A stretch of DNA of 64,000 bases from positions 42,376,000-42,439,999 of the forward strand of contig NC_068988.1 of the NCBI RefSeq assembly GCF_001194135.2. The letters are read 5' to 3'. The notes below the pieces were generated by a model. It saw nothing but the letters and a program-made list of their open reading frames with translations, was not told the origin of the DNA and did not search any database. The stretch comes from Octopus bimaculoides (Eukaryota). A program made the translations under genes and the position numbers. Every line of letters starts with the position of its first letter. Positions within the stretch are counted from its first letter, which is position 1. Shown here in pieces: positions 40,670 to 52,055 of this stretch.

Positions 40670-40735
40670 GATCAAGAGAAACAGAAAGATAAACAAATCC
40701 TGAAAACAGAAAAGAAAAGTGAATCTGATTTGGAG
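40670..40735 (+). CDS. ARFGEF1: Duplicated 66-nt linker exon, copy 4: DQEKQKDKQILKTEKKSESDLE
   Basis: TTGTTTGCCAG acceptor, GAG|GTGAGT donor; 4 of 66 nt differ from copy 1. Confidence 0.8.
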
Positions 40736-41848
40736 GTGAGTGTCATGTTTAGGAAAGTTGTCCTATTGGAAAACACTGATTTAATGAAGGATCACTATCA
40801 TTATAGAGAAGTAACTTGGCAGAATAATTGCCTTGTGAGGAAGTCATCTTGCAACATTTCTGACACAGATGGCATTTTTGGATCTCTGTCATCTATTCTG
40901 GTGACACTTGGGGATGCTGTCATCTTTTGTTGTGAACCTTGGGGATGCTGTCTATTATAGTAACTTGTGGGGGCATTGTCATCTGTTATGGTAAAACTTT
41001 ATTTTATGAATCCTGAAGGGACAAAAAGTAAAAGTTGACCTTGATGGGGTTTACACTCAAATTGGAAAGAACTGGAACAAACACCACAAGGCTTTCTTTT
41101 TTTCTTTTTAATGCTGTAGCAATTCTGTTAATCCACGACCATAACAATAATAATGGTCACTCTTACCAATTTTGCTGTCTGAGTTTTTGAAGGAAAGAAT
41201 ATACAAAAAAAAAAGATAAATAAATAAAAATAAAGAAGTTGCATCTATTTGGAATGGATGTATAAATGTAATCTGAGTTCAGGTATGGATTTTGCTATTA
41301 AGTCACAATGAGGAAAAATGATGATTTCAATTTTGCCTGGGATTGGACAATGATGAATGACTTTTAATTAAAGTCACACAGCCACAGAATTGACTGGGAC
41401 TGCAGAGAGATGAATAGTGAAGTTGGTCTCTTGCAGGATTTGAACTTAGAACAAACTGATATCATTAAATACCATAATCTATTATTGTAATTGTTCTGGC
41501 AGTCCACTAGCCTTCATAATCACTAACTAGGTCACAAATTTGAGAGAGAGAAGTTAGAGTTGATAAAACTGCTGGTACATAATTTATCAACTCCTAGCAA
41601 GATGACACGATCCTGGTAGGATTTGAACTTAGAACATGAAAGAAAGCAATGAAGTACAGCCCTGCTTTTTGTTGAACACTTTTCTGGTCTCTCTCAAAAT
41701 TATCCTGACTCTTTAGTTGTCTTGTCCTAAAATGTCCTCAGGTTTTGTTTGGTACTATCTTGGTTTGAAAAGGTGTGAAGAATAAATGAAAAATAGTGGG
41801 GCAAAATATCATGCGTGCAATCCTCTAAATTGTCTTTTGTTTTTGCAG

Positions 41849-41975
41849 GATACAAAAGAATCCAGTCCTGTATCACCAGATAACAAGGAGAACTGTGCAG
41901 AGTCACCAGCTCCAGATAAAGAAACTGGATCCACACCTCTATCAGATGGGAATCAGAAAAGCTTGGAAAATAATT
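41849..41975 (+). CDS. ARFGEF1: BIG1/2 linker exon, 127 nt: DTKESSPVSPDNKENCAESPAPDKETGSTPLSDGNQKSLENN
   Basis: TTTTTGCAG acceptor, T|GTAAGC donor. Phase 0 to 1 supplies the shift needed to reach the downstream exons. S/P/E-rich, likely disordered. Confidence 0.85.
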
Positions 41976-42120
41976 GTAAGCTTTTCTTTTTTCATTTCAT
42001 TGTCATTTAGTATCTGTTTATCCATGTTTGCAGGAGTTGGAGAGGTGTTGTTCAGATCATTTCACTACTTTTTCAGGCTTTCTTCTTCTGCAGATTTTTT
42101 TCCACTTGTGCTGCTTCATT

Positions 42121-42160
<40 letters not shown>

Positions 42161-42375
42161 CAGTAATCCCTCACCATATTACAGTTCACCTATCGCGGTT
42201 TATTATTTAAGCTTATGTTGATTCCTCCATGGTGTTATTTTGCATTCATAATAAAATAAATATATACAAATGATAAAAATAAAATATACAGTACAGTACT
42301 GTTTCTACTTCATGGATTTTCACCTGTTGCGGTGGGTTTGGGAACATAACACTTGCTATAGTCAAGAGACTACTG
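42161..42375 (+). mobile_element. Tigger-like MITE (215 nt)
   Basis: TA|CAGTAATCCCT ... AGAGACTACTG|TA imperfect TIRs with TA target duplication. Confidence 0.65.
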
Positions 42376-42445
42376 TATATAGATATATGTATCCATCCTT
42401 AAACATTTTGTCACCTGAATGATTTTGTGTGGCAAGGAGCAGCAT

Positions 42446-42671
42446 GGTGGCGAGATGGCAGAAACGTTAGTGCGCCAGGCGAAATGCTTAGTGGTATTTT
42501 GTCTGCCATTATGTTCTGAGTTCAAATTCCGCCGAGGTCGACTTTGCCTTTCATCCTTTCGGGGTCGATAAATTAAGTACCAGTTACGCACTGGGGTCGA
42601 TGTCATCGACTTAATCCCTTTGTCTGTCCTTGTTTGTCTCCTCTATGTTTAGCCCCTTGTGGGCAATAAAG
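42446..42671 (+). mobile_element. Young SINE family A copy
   Basis: Full core retaining CpGs. Confidence 0.85.
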
Positions 42672-42927
42672 TTCTAAATAATATCAGTACAAGCAGTGCG
42701 ACTTGTTGAATTTATTGACCATAACATCTAACATGCTGAAGGAATGAACTTAAGATGTGACTTGCCTTTTTTTATACAGGCATGGCTATGTGATTAAGAA
42801 GCTCATTTTGTAAACATTTGTTTTTGAGGTTCAGTCCCACGGCATGCCACTTTGGGCAGATGTCTTTAATTATAGGCCTGAGCTGACCAATGCCTTCTGA
42901 GTAAATTTGATAGAAACTGTATGGAAG

Positions 42928-43157
42928 GCGGCGAGCTGGCAGAATCGCTAGCACGCTGGGCAAAATGCTTAGCGGTATTTCGTCTGCCATTACGTTCTGA
43001 GTTCAAATTCCGCCGAGGTCGACTTTGCCTTTCATCCTTTCGGGGTCGATAAATTAAGTACCAGTTACGCACTGGGGTCGATGTCATCGACTTAATCCCT
43101 TTGTCTGTCCTTGTTTGTCCCCTCTATGTTTAGCCCCTTAAGGACAATAAAGAAATA
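42928..43157 (+). mobile_element. Young SINE family A copy with a 16-bp TSD, inserted into a family B SINE
   Basis: AGAAACTGTATGGAAG flanks both sides (42912-42927 and 43158-43173); host SINE B head at 42777-42911. Confidence 0.9.
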
Positions 43158-44175
43158 AGAAACTGTATGGAAGTCAGTATCAGGACACAATTCCCTGGAC
43201 AAATATTAAACAAAAATATCAACTAATAAATATTTAAAATTTTTTCATAAAATTTCTCTTTCCTAAAATATTTTTATTGTAAAGAAAGAACAATATAATG
43301 GTGGATATTGACTGCTGGGGGGAAAGCCTGTTTTGTGTATGTGTACATACGTGTGTGTGTGTGTAACTGCTACCACCACCACCTGACAACTGGTGTTGGT
43401 TTGTTTACATTTCTATAAGTTAGCAGTTTGGCAAAAGAGACTATAGGATGATTACCAGACTTAAAAACATTAGTACTGGATTTAATTTATTTGACTGAAT
43501 ACTCTTCAAGGTAGTGTGTCAATATGGCTACAGTTCAATGGCTGAAACAAGTAAAAAAAATGAAAGATAAAAGTATTTAATACACTTGAGTGATTTTGAA
43601 GACAAACAAGTCTGACACTTTATCATTGGGTTACTGATGTCATTTCTGTTGTATGTAATATCTATGGAATTCCTTTATGTTGATAAGGTTCAATTTTTTG
43701 TTTTCAACAAAGTTTCCATTTATAGTCTTGTTGGTGTACTCTTATCTATTTTTAGACCTGGCCCAGTTTTCTTTATTATGGAAATGATATATGATAATAC
43801 AACAAAAATATAAAAACACATTAACTTAGCTATACAATTAATGTCAGCTCCCTTCCCTGTTTCATTGTTGAGTGGTTAGTGATAGGCATGATCATCACTC
43901 GGTTGTAAAGGCCCAGGCATTGAAAAGTAGATGTAAGCTTATATCTTAGGCGTCAACGTTTGTCTACAATGAAACAATGTCCACATTTCTCAGTATATGT
44001 TTTCTTGTATTTGCACTCAAATTCAAAATCATCCAGAAATAATGCATGAAGTAAAAACTCCCAAGGTCAAGTGCCTTGTGGGTAAACTGAGTTTATAAAA
44101 GACTGATATTTGTAATGGAGTACTAAGTTCTCCCTTACTATTCCATTCCAACTATCAGTACCCTTGTCTCACTAA

Positions 44176-44192
44176 TTTTCTCTCTCTCTCTT

Positions 44193-44239
<47 letters not shown>

Positions 44240-44279
44240 TTCTCTCTCTCTCTCNNNNNNNNNNCTCTCTCTCTCTCTT

Positions 44280-44326
<47 letters not shown>

Positions 44327-44340
44327 TTCTCTCTCTCTCT
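44176..44340. repeat. Compound (CT)n/(CTTT) microsatellite with a 10-N gap
   Basis: Direct reading. Confidence 0.95.
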
Positions 44341-46000
44341 CCCACACACACAACCATTTTCATATTCAGAGGCTATTTGCACAATCCTGGGATTCATGCA
44401 TGAATGTGTGTATTCATCTCCCCTTATCTTGACATCATGCACAAACTGTATACGAATGTCACCATATAAGTGTTGTTCACTTGCAATCTTCCATGAAAAC
44501 ATGTCTGACTATTTTGTTGTACCTGTTCAAAGGACAAGCAGAAATATTACCTTGTTTAAAAATTATAACTAGGTGGTGCTTGGCCATAGAAAATCTGCCT
44601 CAAAATTCACCTCTAACCCATAGAAGCATGGACTATAGCATGAATTTAGATGAGGAGGATGATGATATATCATGCACATTCACACACATACACATTCTTC
44701 TCTCTGCTCTCCTACTTTAACATTCTTCCCTGTAGTCCCACCTATACCTCATAGGGGCACCATCATGACATCTGGCATGTATTGGACATTTTAAACCTGC
44801 AGGGGACCATCCTTTTCTAGGTTACTGCTCCGCAGCCTTTTTTTCATTTGCGGTACACTTATATTCTTTTCAAAATTTCGCAGCACACCTGAACTAAAAA
44901 CAATAACTAAAAGTATAGGGGAAAAAATTATATTCAGGTTACATTGTGGCATACCAGTTGCAGAGCTCTGCTTTAGGTTTGAACATACTCAGTTTCTTTC
45001 AAGAAGCATGTGTGTGTGTGAGAGAGAGAGAGGAGAAGAAGAGAAAGAATTGATCCCTAGTATTTGATTGGTACATTATTATTTGATCTGGAAAGGAAGA
45101 AAAACAAAGACCGCTGCAGTATTTAATCTCAGGGTGTAGAGAGCTAAAACAAATACCACAAAGCATGGTATCTGGCCCTTATGATTCTGCCAATTGACCT
45201 CTTATATATGTATAAATACACACACACCCTCCCATATATAGTAGATGTGGTCATAGCAAGAGAAGGTAATAGATTTGTCACCTATCACCTACACTTGCTG
45301 TGACCATCACTGTCATTGCCTATGTCACCCTTCTCATTTCTATTCCAACATCTCTGTCTCTGCTGTCCTACTTTTGCTGCTTTTTCCCTCCCACTCTGGC
45401 TTTCTGTTGTTCAAACTCCTCCTGAGCATAAGTACATGTTTTAGGCTACTGTCTACTTACAGTATATAAACACCCCATCCACCTGTGGTTGTGCCATGAT
45501 TGAAAGCTCCTCTCTACATATTCTCTAGAGGAATCGGTGAGTGAGCAGAGGTGGAGTTGAGATGATCCTTAGTCCAATCTTGTCAAGGACTTTATGACAT
45601 CCCTAATGCTGATGCCATGAAAAATACACCCAGTCCTTTTTCTAAAATGAATTGCAAACAAGTGAAGAAAGCATAGTGTTGTGAGATCCCTTTTGTCCTG
45701 TTTTGTCAAGTATTTACAAACCTCTTTAGTTCAGTGCCATAAGAAAATGTATTTGGTACACTCTTTAGATGGGTTGATGATAAGATGGACATTTGGCCAA
45801 AGAAACCATACTGAACATTGTTTGAGTCTTGCCAGGGAACCTGTTTCTCATTTCTGATTTAAACTGGTGCTTATAATGTATAATTTCTTCATTGTGCAAC
45901 CTATACTCATCTACTACTAATAAATATATCTGTGTGCACATGTGAAAATGGCCTTGTATTCTAATTTGCTGATTGTTGGTGTTTACTTTCTATTTTTAAG

Positions 46001-46090
46001 ATGAGACAGAAAAGAGTGAGAAAATAGAAGAAAATGGTAAGGTAATAGCTGAAGCTATACTGAATGACATTCTGGATAAAGTTACAGGAG
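46001..46090 (+). CDS. ARFGEF1: BIG1/2 linker exon, 90 nt: (Y)ETEKSEKIEENGKVIAEAILNDILDKVTG
   Basis: TTTTTAAG acceptor, GAG|GTAAGC donor, phase 1/1. The helix aligns with recalled BIG1 PQDIVQNIVEEMVNIVVG. Confidence 0.85.
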
Positions 46091-46399
46091 GTAAGCTTGT
46101 TTCTAATCCTTCTTTCATTACCAGTTTCCCAACTTCTCATTTATTTATTTCTCTATCCTTGAGATCATGTTACCTAGCACTTAGCTCAACCAAGAATGTT
46201 TATCTCTCTATAATACAATATCAACTCATCACAGTCTTTCCATGGTGCAATGACAGCTTCTCACCCAAAGCGTTCCTATTCTAATTAAAATCTCAGCCAA
46301 AACCCTGTTGTTACCTGAATACTAATAGAAACAAATTTCAATCGCAGTTTTATGTTTGCATTAAGTTGTATTCCAAACACCAGTTTAATCATTATCATC

Positions 46400-46830
46400 A
46401 TCATCATCTTCATTTAATGTCCATTGTCCATGTTGGCATGGGTTGGATGGTTTGATCAGGGCTGGCATGCTGGAAGGCTGTGCCAGACTCCAGTCTGATT
46501 TGGCATGGTTTTCTATGGCTAGAGGCCCTTCCTAATGTCAACCAACCCGAGAGTGTAATGGGTGCTTTTACATGCCACTGGCACAGATGCCATTTGCATG
46601 ACACTGGTATCTGCCACGACTGCGATTTTGCTCAGCTTGACGGGTCTTCTCAAGCACGACATAATGCCAAAGATCTTGGTCATTGCCTCTGTGAGGTCTA
46701 ACACTCAAAAGGAACTTGGCCACTTTGCTTCCATGAGGCCCACTCCTCAAAAGGAACTCAACCACCTCGCTTCCGTGAGACCTGCTCAAAAGGAACTCAG
46801 CCACCTATTCTTCATGAGGCCCAACACTCA
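46400..46830 (-). mobile_element. RTE-type LINE 3' end including ORF2 terminus and internal tandem units
   Basis: Minus peptide DQDLWHYVVLEKTRQ matches the RTE end seen at 1763-1900; AAGGAACT...CAC repeats at 46700-46850; (ATC)n tail at about 46390-46415. Confidence 0.7.
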
Positions 46831-48842
46831 AATGGACCTCAGCCACATCTCACCAAGTTTCTGTTATTTTTAGACACCAATTAAAGTTGGCAGTCTTTGA
46901 TGAGATAGTCATGAAGAGTTCAGTTGAATCCATTTTTCTGCTTTAGTATAAAAGCTCAGTTTAATAAATGTTACATTAAAATCTTCAATAAGCTTCCTAT
47001 AGTTTTAAAAAGGAGAGCCCATAAAAGTCATCAGTGAGTTTTTCTATATACTTGATTAACCTGCTTGATGTTGCTGTTAAGATCTTATGTAGGTAACCAA
47101 CTTTGAAATAGAGAATCACGAGTCATTTAATATTTTATTTTTGTATTTTTCCTTGAAATTTTCTTCCCTGCTCAGATAAGTGTGTTGATATATTATTTGG
47201 GTTATCTGTTTTTTTATCTGGCTGGTACCCTTTTTTAGCTGGTATCTACCTAACTGTGAATGAATATCCTTACCTATATGGATATAAAATGTACAACATA
47301 TCAGTGTGTGTCAGTATTTTGGCTCTTGTTGCAATTTTGGTTTTAAAGAGCAACCTGTCTTAAGAAGTAGTAAGATTTGTGTGAAGTTATATTTGGCTAC
47401 TATACTTGAGTAGACCAAGAAGTTATATAGAAGATTCCTCATTGAGCCTTTTCGTTTTATTTTATAGAAAGCAAGGAAATTTAGATGAAGTAACTTTATG
47501 AAGGTCCACTTGCTGCTTCATGTGGTTCCTACTTAAAATGAAAGTAACTTCTGTATGCTATCTCAGTCTTTTCAACACACTTTCACAAATTTCAGGGAGT
47601 GGGGATTTTGGAGAAATTGAGCTAATAAATAGAAACTCTCTTCATGTGTATCTCAGATATTTCTGTTGGCAATAAAGGTTTCTCTGTTTTTCTACATACA
47701 AGTTTAAATGTAAAATGTGTGATGCTACATGGTAACTGACTAGGCTCAGGTACTGAATGCCAAGTCGGAAGAGAGAGTGAGCATAATCTGTTGGATGTGT
47801 CATATTAATTTACATAGAAGGTGAACTGTGAGCAAAGGGAATAGCAGCTAGGTACTAAAGATATCAGCCAGTATGTGCAGAAGAGACAGTTACACTGTTA
47901 TAAGGATGAGTATTAGATAAAATATGTGGCATATGCTGATGGCAGAAGGTACATGCTGCAGAAAAAGATCAAGGAAGATATAAAGAGTGGGGAGGAAAGC
48001 ATCAGGATGCTGAGTTTTGCAGCTCAGCTGAGAAAGTATACTGATAAGTGATAATATTCTCGATAGCAGATCTGACCAACAGGTTTTTTTTTCCCCAGTG
48101 TTAGAATATGAAGACAGTTTAACATCTCCCACTTGCAATGTCTCAATCCACTGCACCCAAAATGTAGTTTTAAAATGGTTTTTAGTGTTTGTGTCATTAT
48201 CATCATTGTTTCTGTGTTTGCTTTTCTTTGTTGACATGAATTGGATGGGGCTTTTATTTTATGGCTGAATTCCCTTCCTGGCACCTTTAATGTGTCTTAC
48301 TAAGTATTGACATTCACCACTAACATAAACACCAGTTTATTTCATCAAAACAAAACTTTTCATTTTTTTTCTCTTTTCTTTTAAACTTTTTTCTTTTGCT
48401 TTGTTATTTTTACTCTCCATTTCTTATGTTTATTTTGTAAATTTTTCATTTTACTCTTTGCCTCTATCACCTAATGTCTTTCTGTTCTTTTCACTCTGTG
48501 CTTATCCCTCTGTCTCTCACTTTGTTTCTGTCTCTCTCCATCCTTATATATCTATTTATAACTTTCTATGTTTATCCTTACCTTTGTTTACATGTCTCTC
48601 TTTGCTTCTATGAATTTGTATTTGCTACCGTTTTGTCTTTGTCTATTAATCCTTAATTTCTCTTTCTGCCTATCCATCTTTGCTACTTTGTTTGTCTATT
48701 CTTGCCTCTCTCTCTCTTCTCTTTATTATTAAGCATGGTAAGATAAATTGTCCTCCTATATATATATATGTATATGTATTTATTCATTTCTGTGTTCATA
48801 TATTTTTTTTCCACTCCAATCCAATTTTTTTTTTGCTGATAG

Positions 48843-48950
48843 AGCAGGACAAGAGGCCAAGTGAGACAGGTGTTGAGGTGGTATCCCCTAGCGTTCCAGC
48901 TACCGAACAAAGGAAGACCTCTCTCACTACTCTATCCCCCGTACTGGGAG
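48843..48950 (+). CDS. ARFGEF1: BIG1/2 linker exon, 108 nt: (E)QDKRPSETGVEVVSPSVPATEQRKTSLTTLSPVLG
   Basis: Poly-T tract + GATAG acceptor, GAG|GTGAGG donor, phase 1/1, open and GC-richer than its flanks. No family motif, so support is structural only. Confidence 0.7.
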
Positions 48951-50954
48951 GTGAGGAGATTCATGCTGTGCTCATGTCACCCTTGCACATTCTAGTTATT
49001 GTTGGTGTTGTTATTGGTGGTGGTGGTTGTTGTTGTTGTATTTGTGTTTTTGTTATTGGTGGTGATGGCATTGTAATCATTACTGATGCTGCTTTGCTTC
49101 AGGGAAATTTTGCTCACTATAGACAGCACTGTTGTTAATGTTAGAAAAACAGTAAAATTCATTGTCTTATTGGTATTGCCTCCTCATAACCACTGGACAT
49201 TTAGGACTTATTTTACTTTCTTGTTAAAAACAAAAGTTCATTCATTGAAACACTACTCTTTTAATCACTGCTGACTTGTGTTCTCTCTACTTTTTCTACC
49301 ACTACTACTATGATCCCTGCTCCTTTGAACTTGCCAAGTGTGCACTGACTAAAGCACATATCTCATCACTTCACTTTTTCTTCATTTCCCACCTGTGTCT
49401 CACCTCTAGACTCAAACATAATCACACTTTTCACTAATTCTTCTTTTCAGCACTAACTCTTTCAACTAACATGCACATTTTATACTCACACTTGCTCTCT
49501 CTCTCTCTCTCTCTATAGATATATATATATAGAGAGAGAGAGTTCTTTTGTTGCATTTTCAGTCATTGGATTTAGGCCATGTTGGGGTACCACTTGTTTT
49601 AGAGTATTGTCAGTTATATTAACCCCACCCACCCAATGCTTAGTCTTTTTCCATTCAAAAGATGAAAGACAGAAGTAGACTTGGGTAAGATCTTAACCCA
49701 AAATACTAATGGATGTAACCAAATGCTGCTTCTTTGGCCCATCTGCTGTAATATACCCACATGTTATTTTTATTATAATATAAAACAAAGAAGAGTGATA
49801 AAAGCCATCACTGAGCTGTAGAAACAGAAAAAAACCCACTTAAATCCATATATCAGCATTAATAAATATTAATTTTAAAAATTCCCTCAATGATGTGAGG
49901 GCTTTTTTTTCCTTTTAGGGGACAGTGGTGTTCTGTTTTTTTTAACTATATTCCAATAAGTAGTTTTTTAACCCTTTAGGATTTAGATTACTCTGTCAAT
50001 TGTGATGCTTATTTATTCACAATGTTTTGAATTTGTCATGCATTATCTCATAGCTTTAAGATTTCTATAATGTAATTGTTTATTTATAGTATGACATTGT
50101 AGAGTAAGTGCAAGAGGCTAGATGTGGCCAGTTTGAAAGTAAAACAGATAGAATATTTTGGCTGGATATGGCTGGTTTAATTTCTAAAGGGTTATAATAA
50201 CTTATATTTGAGTTTACTGTGATGTGTTGGTTGCAGCAGTGATTCAAACTGGATATACATATGGTCACTCATTTTTAATACAAACCAGAATCCAAGGAGA
50301 GAACTGAATTAATTCCTGCAAACGCTCATTGTTTAGCACTCCTACTGCACACACAATGAGGTATGCCTCTTTATGGTATTCCTTTTGACAGCTAGATGGA
50401 CTGGGCCATAGAGGCTAATAGCTCTTCTGGCTTTCAGCATAGTATCATGAAGGTGATGAGGTACAAATCTTTGACCCTCTGCTTGTTGTTCTGACAGCAT
50501 GTCTACCCAACCAAGTTCAAGATTAGATGTTGAACCACGGTATATTTTAGCTAAATAGTCAATGTTTTTGGACATTGAATTTGGATATACCTACATATTG
50601 CATAAAATCAATTCATAAATATCACATGATCATACCATGTGACAATGACAAATGCTTTTTTGTTTTTCATTTTTTCTCTATTTGATCAACTTTATTGTTC
50701 AATTAACTGTATCCTCTTTTCCAAAATATATGGCCTTGTGCCTATGTTTCTATCCTTATAAATTTTTAATTTATTAATGTTATTGAATTAATCTGTTCTG
50801 ATTGTTATTCTTTAAGTATTTTGCATGCTATGCTGGTTTTGCACTAATTTATATGCAGATATTACTCAAATACTAAAAATGAATTCACTGAACATATACA
50901 ATGGAAAGATAGATTCTCTATTGGCAACCTTACTATAGACTGATGTGGTTGTTG

Positions 50955-51075
50955 AAGGATTCTAAATGAATGTTAGAGGCAGTTCTACTGGAATGTTAGG
51001 GTAGAGTTCTATACAGAATGCTATATGGGTTTTATAGGCATGTTCTAAGCGGTTCTAAATGGTTGTTAGAAGGGG

Positions 51076-51107
<32 letters not shown>

Positions 51108-51557
51108 NNNNNNNNNNNNNNNNNNNNNNNNNNNNNNNNNNNNNNNNNNNNNNNNNNNNNNNNNNNNNNNNNNNNNNNNNNNNNNNNNNNNNNNNNNNNN
51201 NNNNNNNNNNNNNNNNNNNNNNNNNNNNNNNNNNNNNNNNNNNNNNNNNNNNNNNNNNNNNNNNNNNNNNNNNNNNNNNNNNNNNNNNNNNNNNNNNNNN
51301 NNNNNNNNNNNNNNNNNNNNNNNNNNNNNNNNNNNNNNNNNNNNNNNNNNNNNNNNNNNNNNNNNNNNNNNNNNNNNNNNNNNNNNNNNNNNNNNNNNNN
51401 NNNNNNNNNNNNNNNNNNNNNNNNNNNNNNNNNNNNNNNNNNNNNNNNNNNNNNNNNNNNNNNNNNNNNNNNNNNNNNNNNNNNNNNNNNNNNNNNNNNN
51501 NNNNNNNNNNNNNNNNNNNNNNNNNNNNNNNNNNNNNNNNNNNNNNNNNNNNNNNNN

Positions 51558-51589
<32 letters not shown>

Positions 51590-52055
51590 GTTTGAGGGGG
51601 CTGTATAGGAATATTTACAGGGAGTTCTATAGGAATGTTATGGGGATTCCAAAGGGATGTTAGAGTAAGCTCTGTAGGAATTTAGAGGGGGTTCTACTTG
51701 AATATTAGAGAGGGTCATTTAGCAGTTTTAGAGGCAACTCCATTGGACTGTTAGAGGTGGTTGTATAGGAATGTTAGTAGTGGTTCTTTAGGTCAGTGGG
51801 AGTTTTGTAGAAATGTTGGAAGGGATAATTCTGGCTTCTATAACAATGTTGTGTATGTTGTTGTTGGTAGTGGTGGGGAGTCTCTAGGATTATTAGGAAT
51901 TTTAGAGCAATGTTAGAGGTGTTCCTATGAGAATGTTAGAGTGGGTTCTATAGGAATGTTAGAAGCGTTTCTATAGAAATGTCAGAGTGGGTTTTGAAAG
52001 GATCTAAGAGCTAGTTATACAGTCTTGTTAGAGAAGGTTCTATCGAAATGTTTGG
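50955..52055 (+). repeat. Degenerate about 22-nt minisatellite (consensus near GAGGGGTTCTATAGGAATGTTA), interrupted by (TA)n and an N gap
   Basis: GTTCTA(T/C)AGGAATGTTAG variants recur roughly every 22 nt on both sides of the 51108-51557 gap. Confidence 0.85.

Larger units (their letters stand above)
32690..40900 (+). repeat. Tandem duplication block of four exon-containing units (exon spacing 3724, 2677, 1162 nt)
   Basis: Intron homology is shared beyond the exons: GA-rich upstream tract; AA(A/G)ATTGTT(T/C)ATTG...TTTTATTGAAT at about 33310, 37080 and 40118; GGCA(A/G)TG(A/G)AATA at about 34693, 37232 and 40269; GGCTCAACTTAA at about 35388 and 38537. Confidence 0.9.

Noticed and set aside
42370-43087. 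Two ORFs starting MTSTPVRNWYLIYRPRKDERQSRPRRNLNSE
   Set aside because: Antisense translation of two SINE A copies, not a duplicated gene.
46042-46047. Second internal donor AAG|GTAATA in the 90-nt exon
   Set aside because: Phase 0 would frameshift against the phase-1 downstream exons, and it is a weaker match than the two phase-1 donors.
50289-50360. Possible 72-nt phase-1 cassette or poison exon (ACCAG...GAG|GTATGC) with an in-frame TGA
   Set aside because: Poor polypyrimidine tract, stops in all three frames and no homology support; the shorter 24-nt version (50337-50360) also hits TGA in the needed phase.
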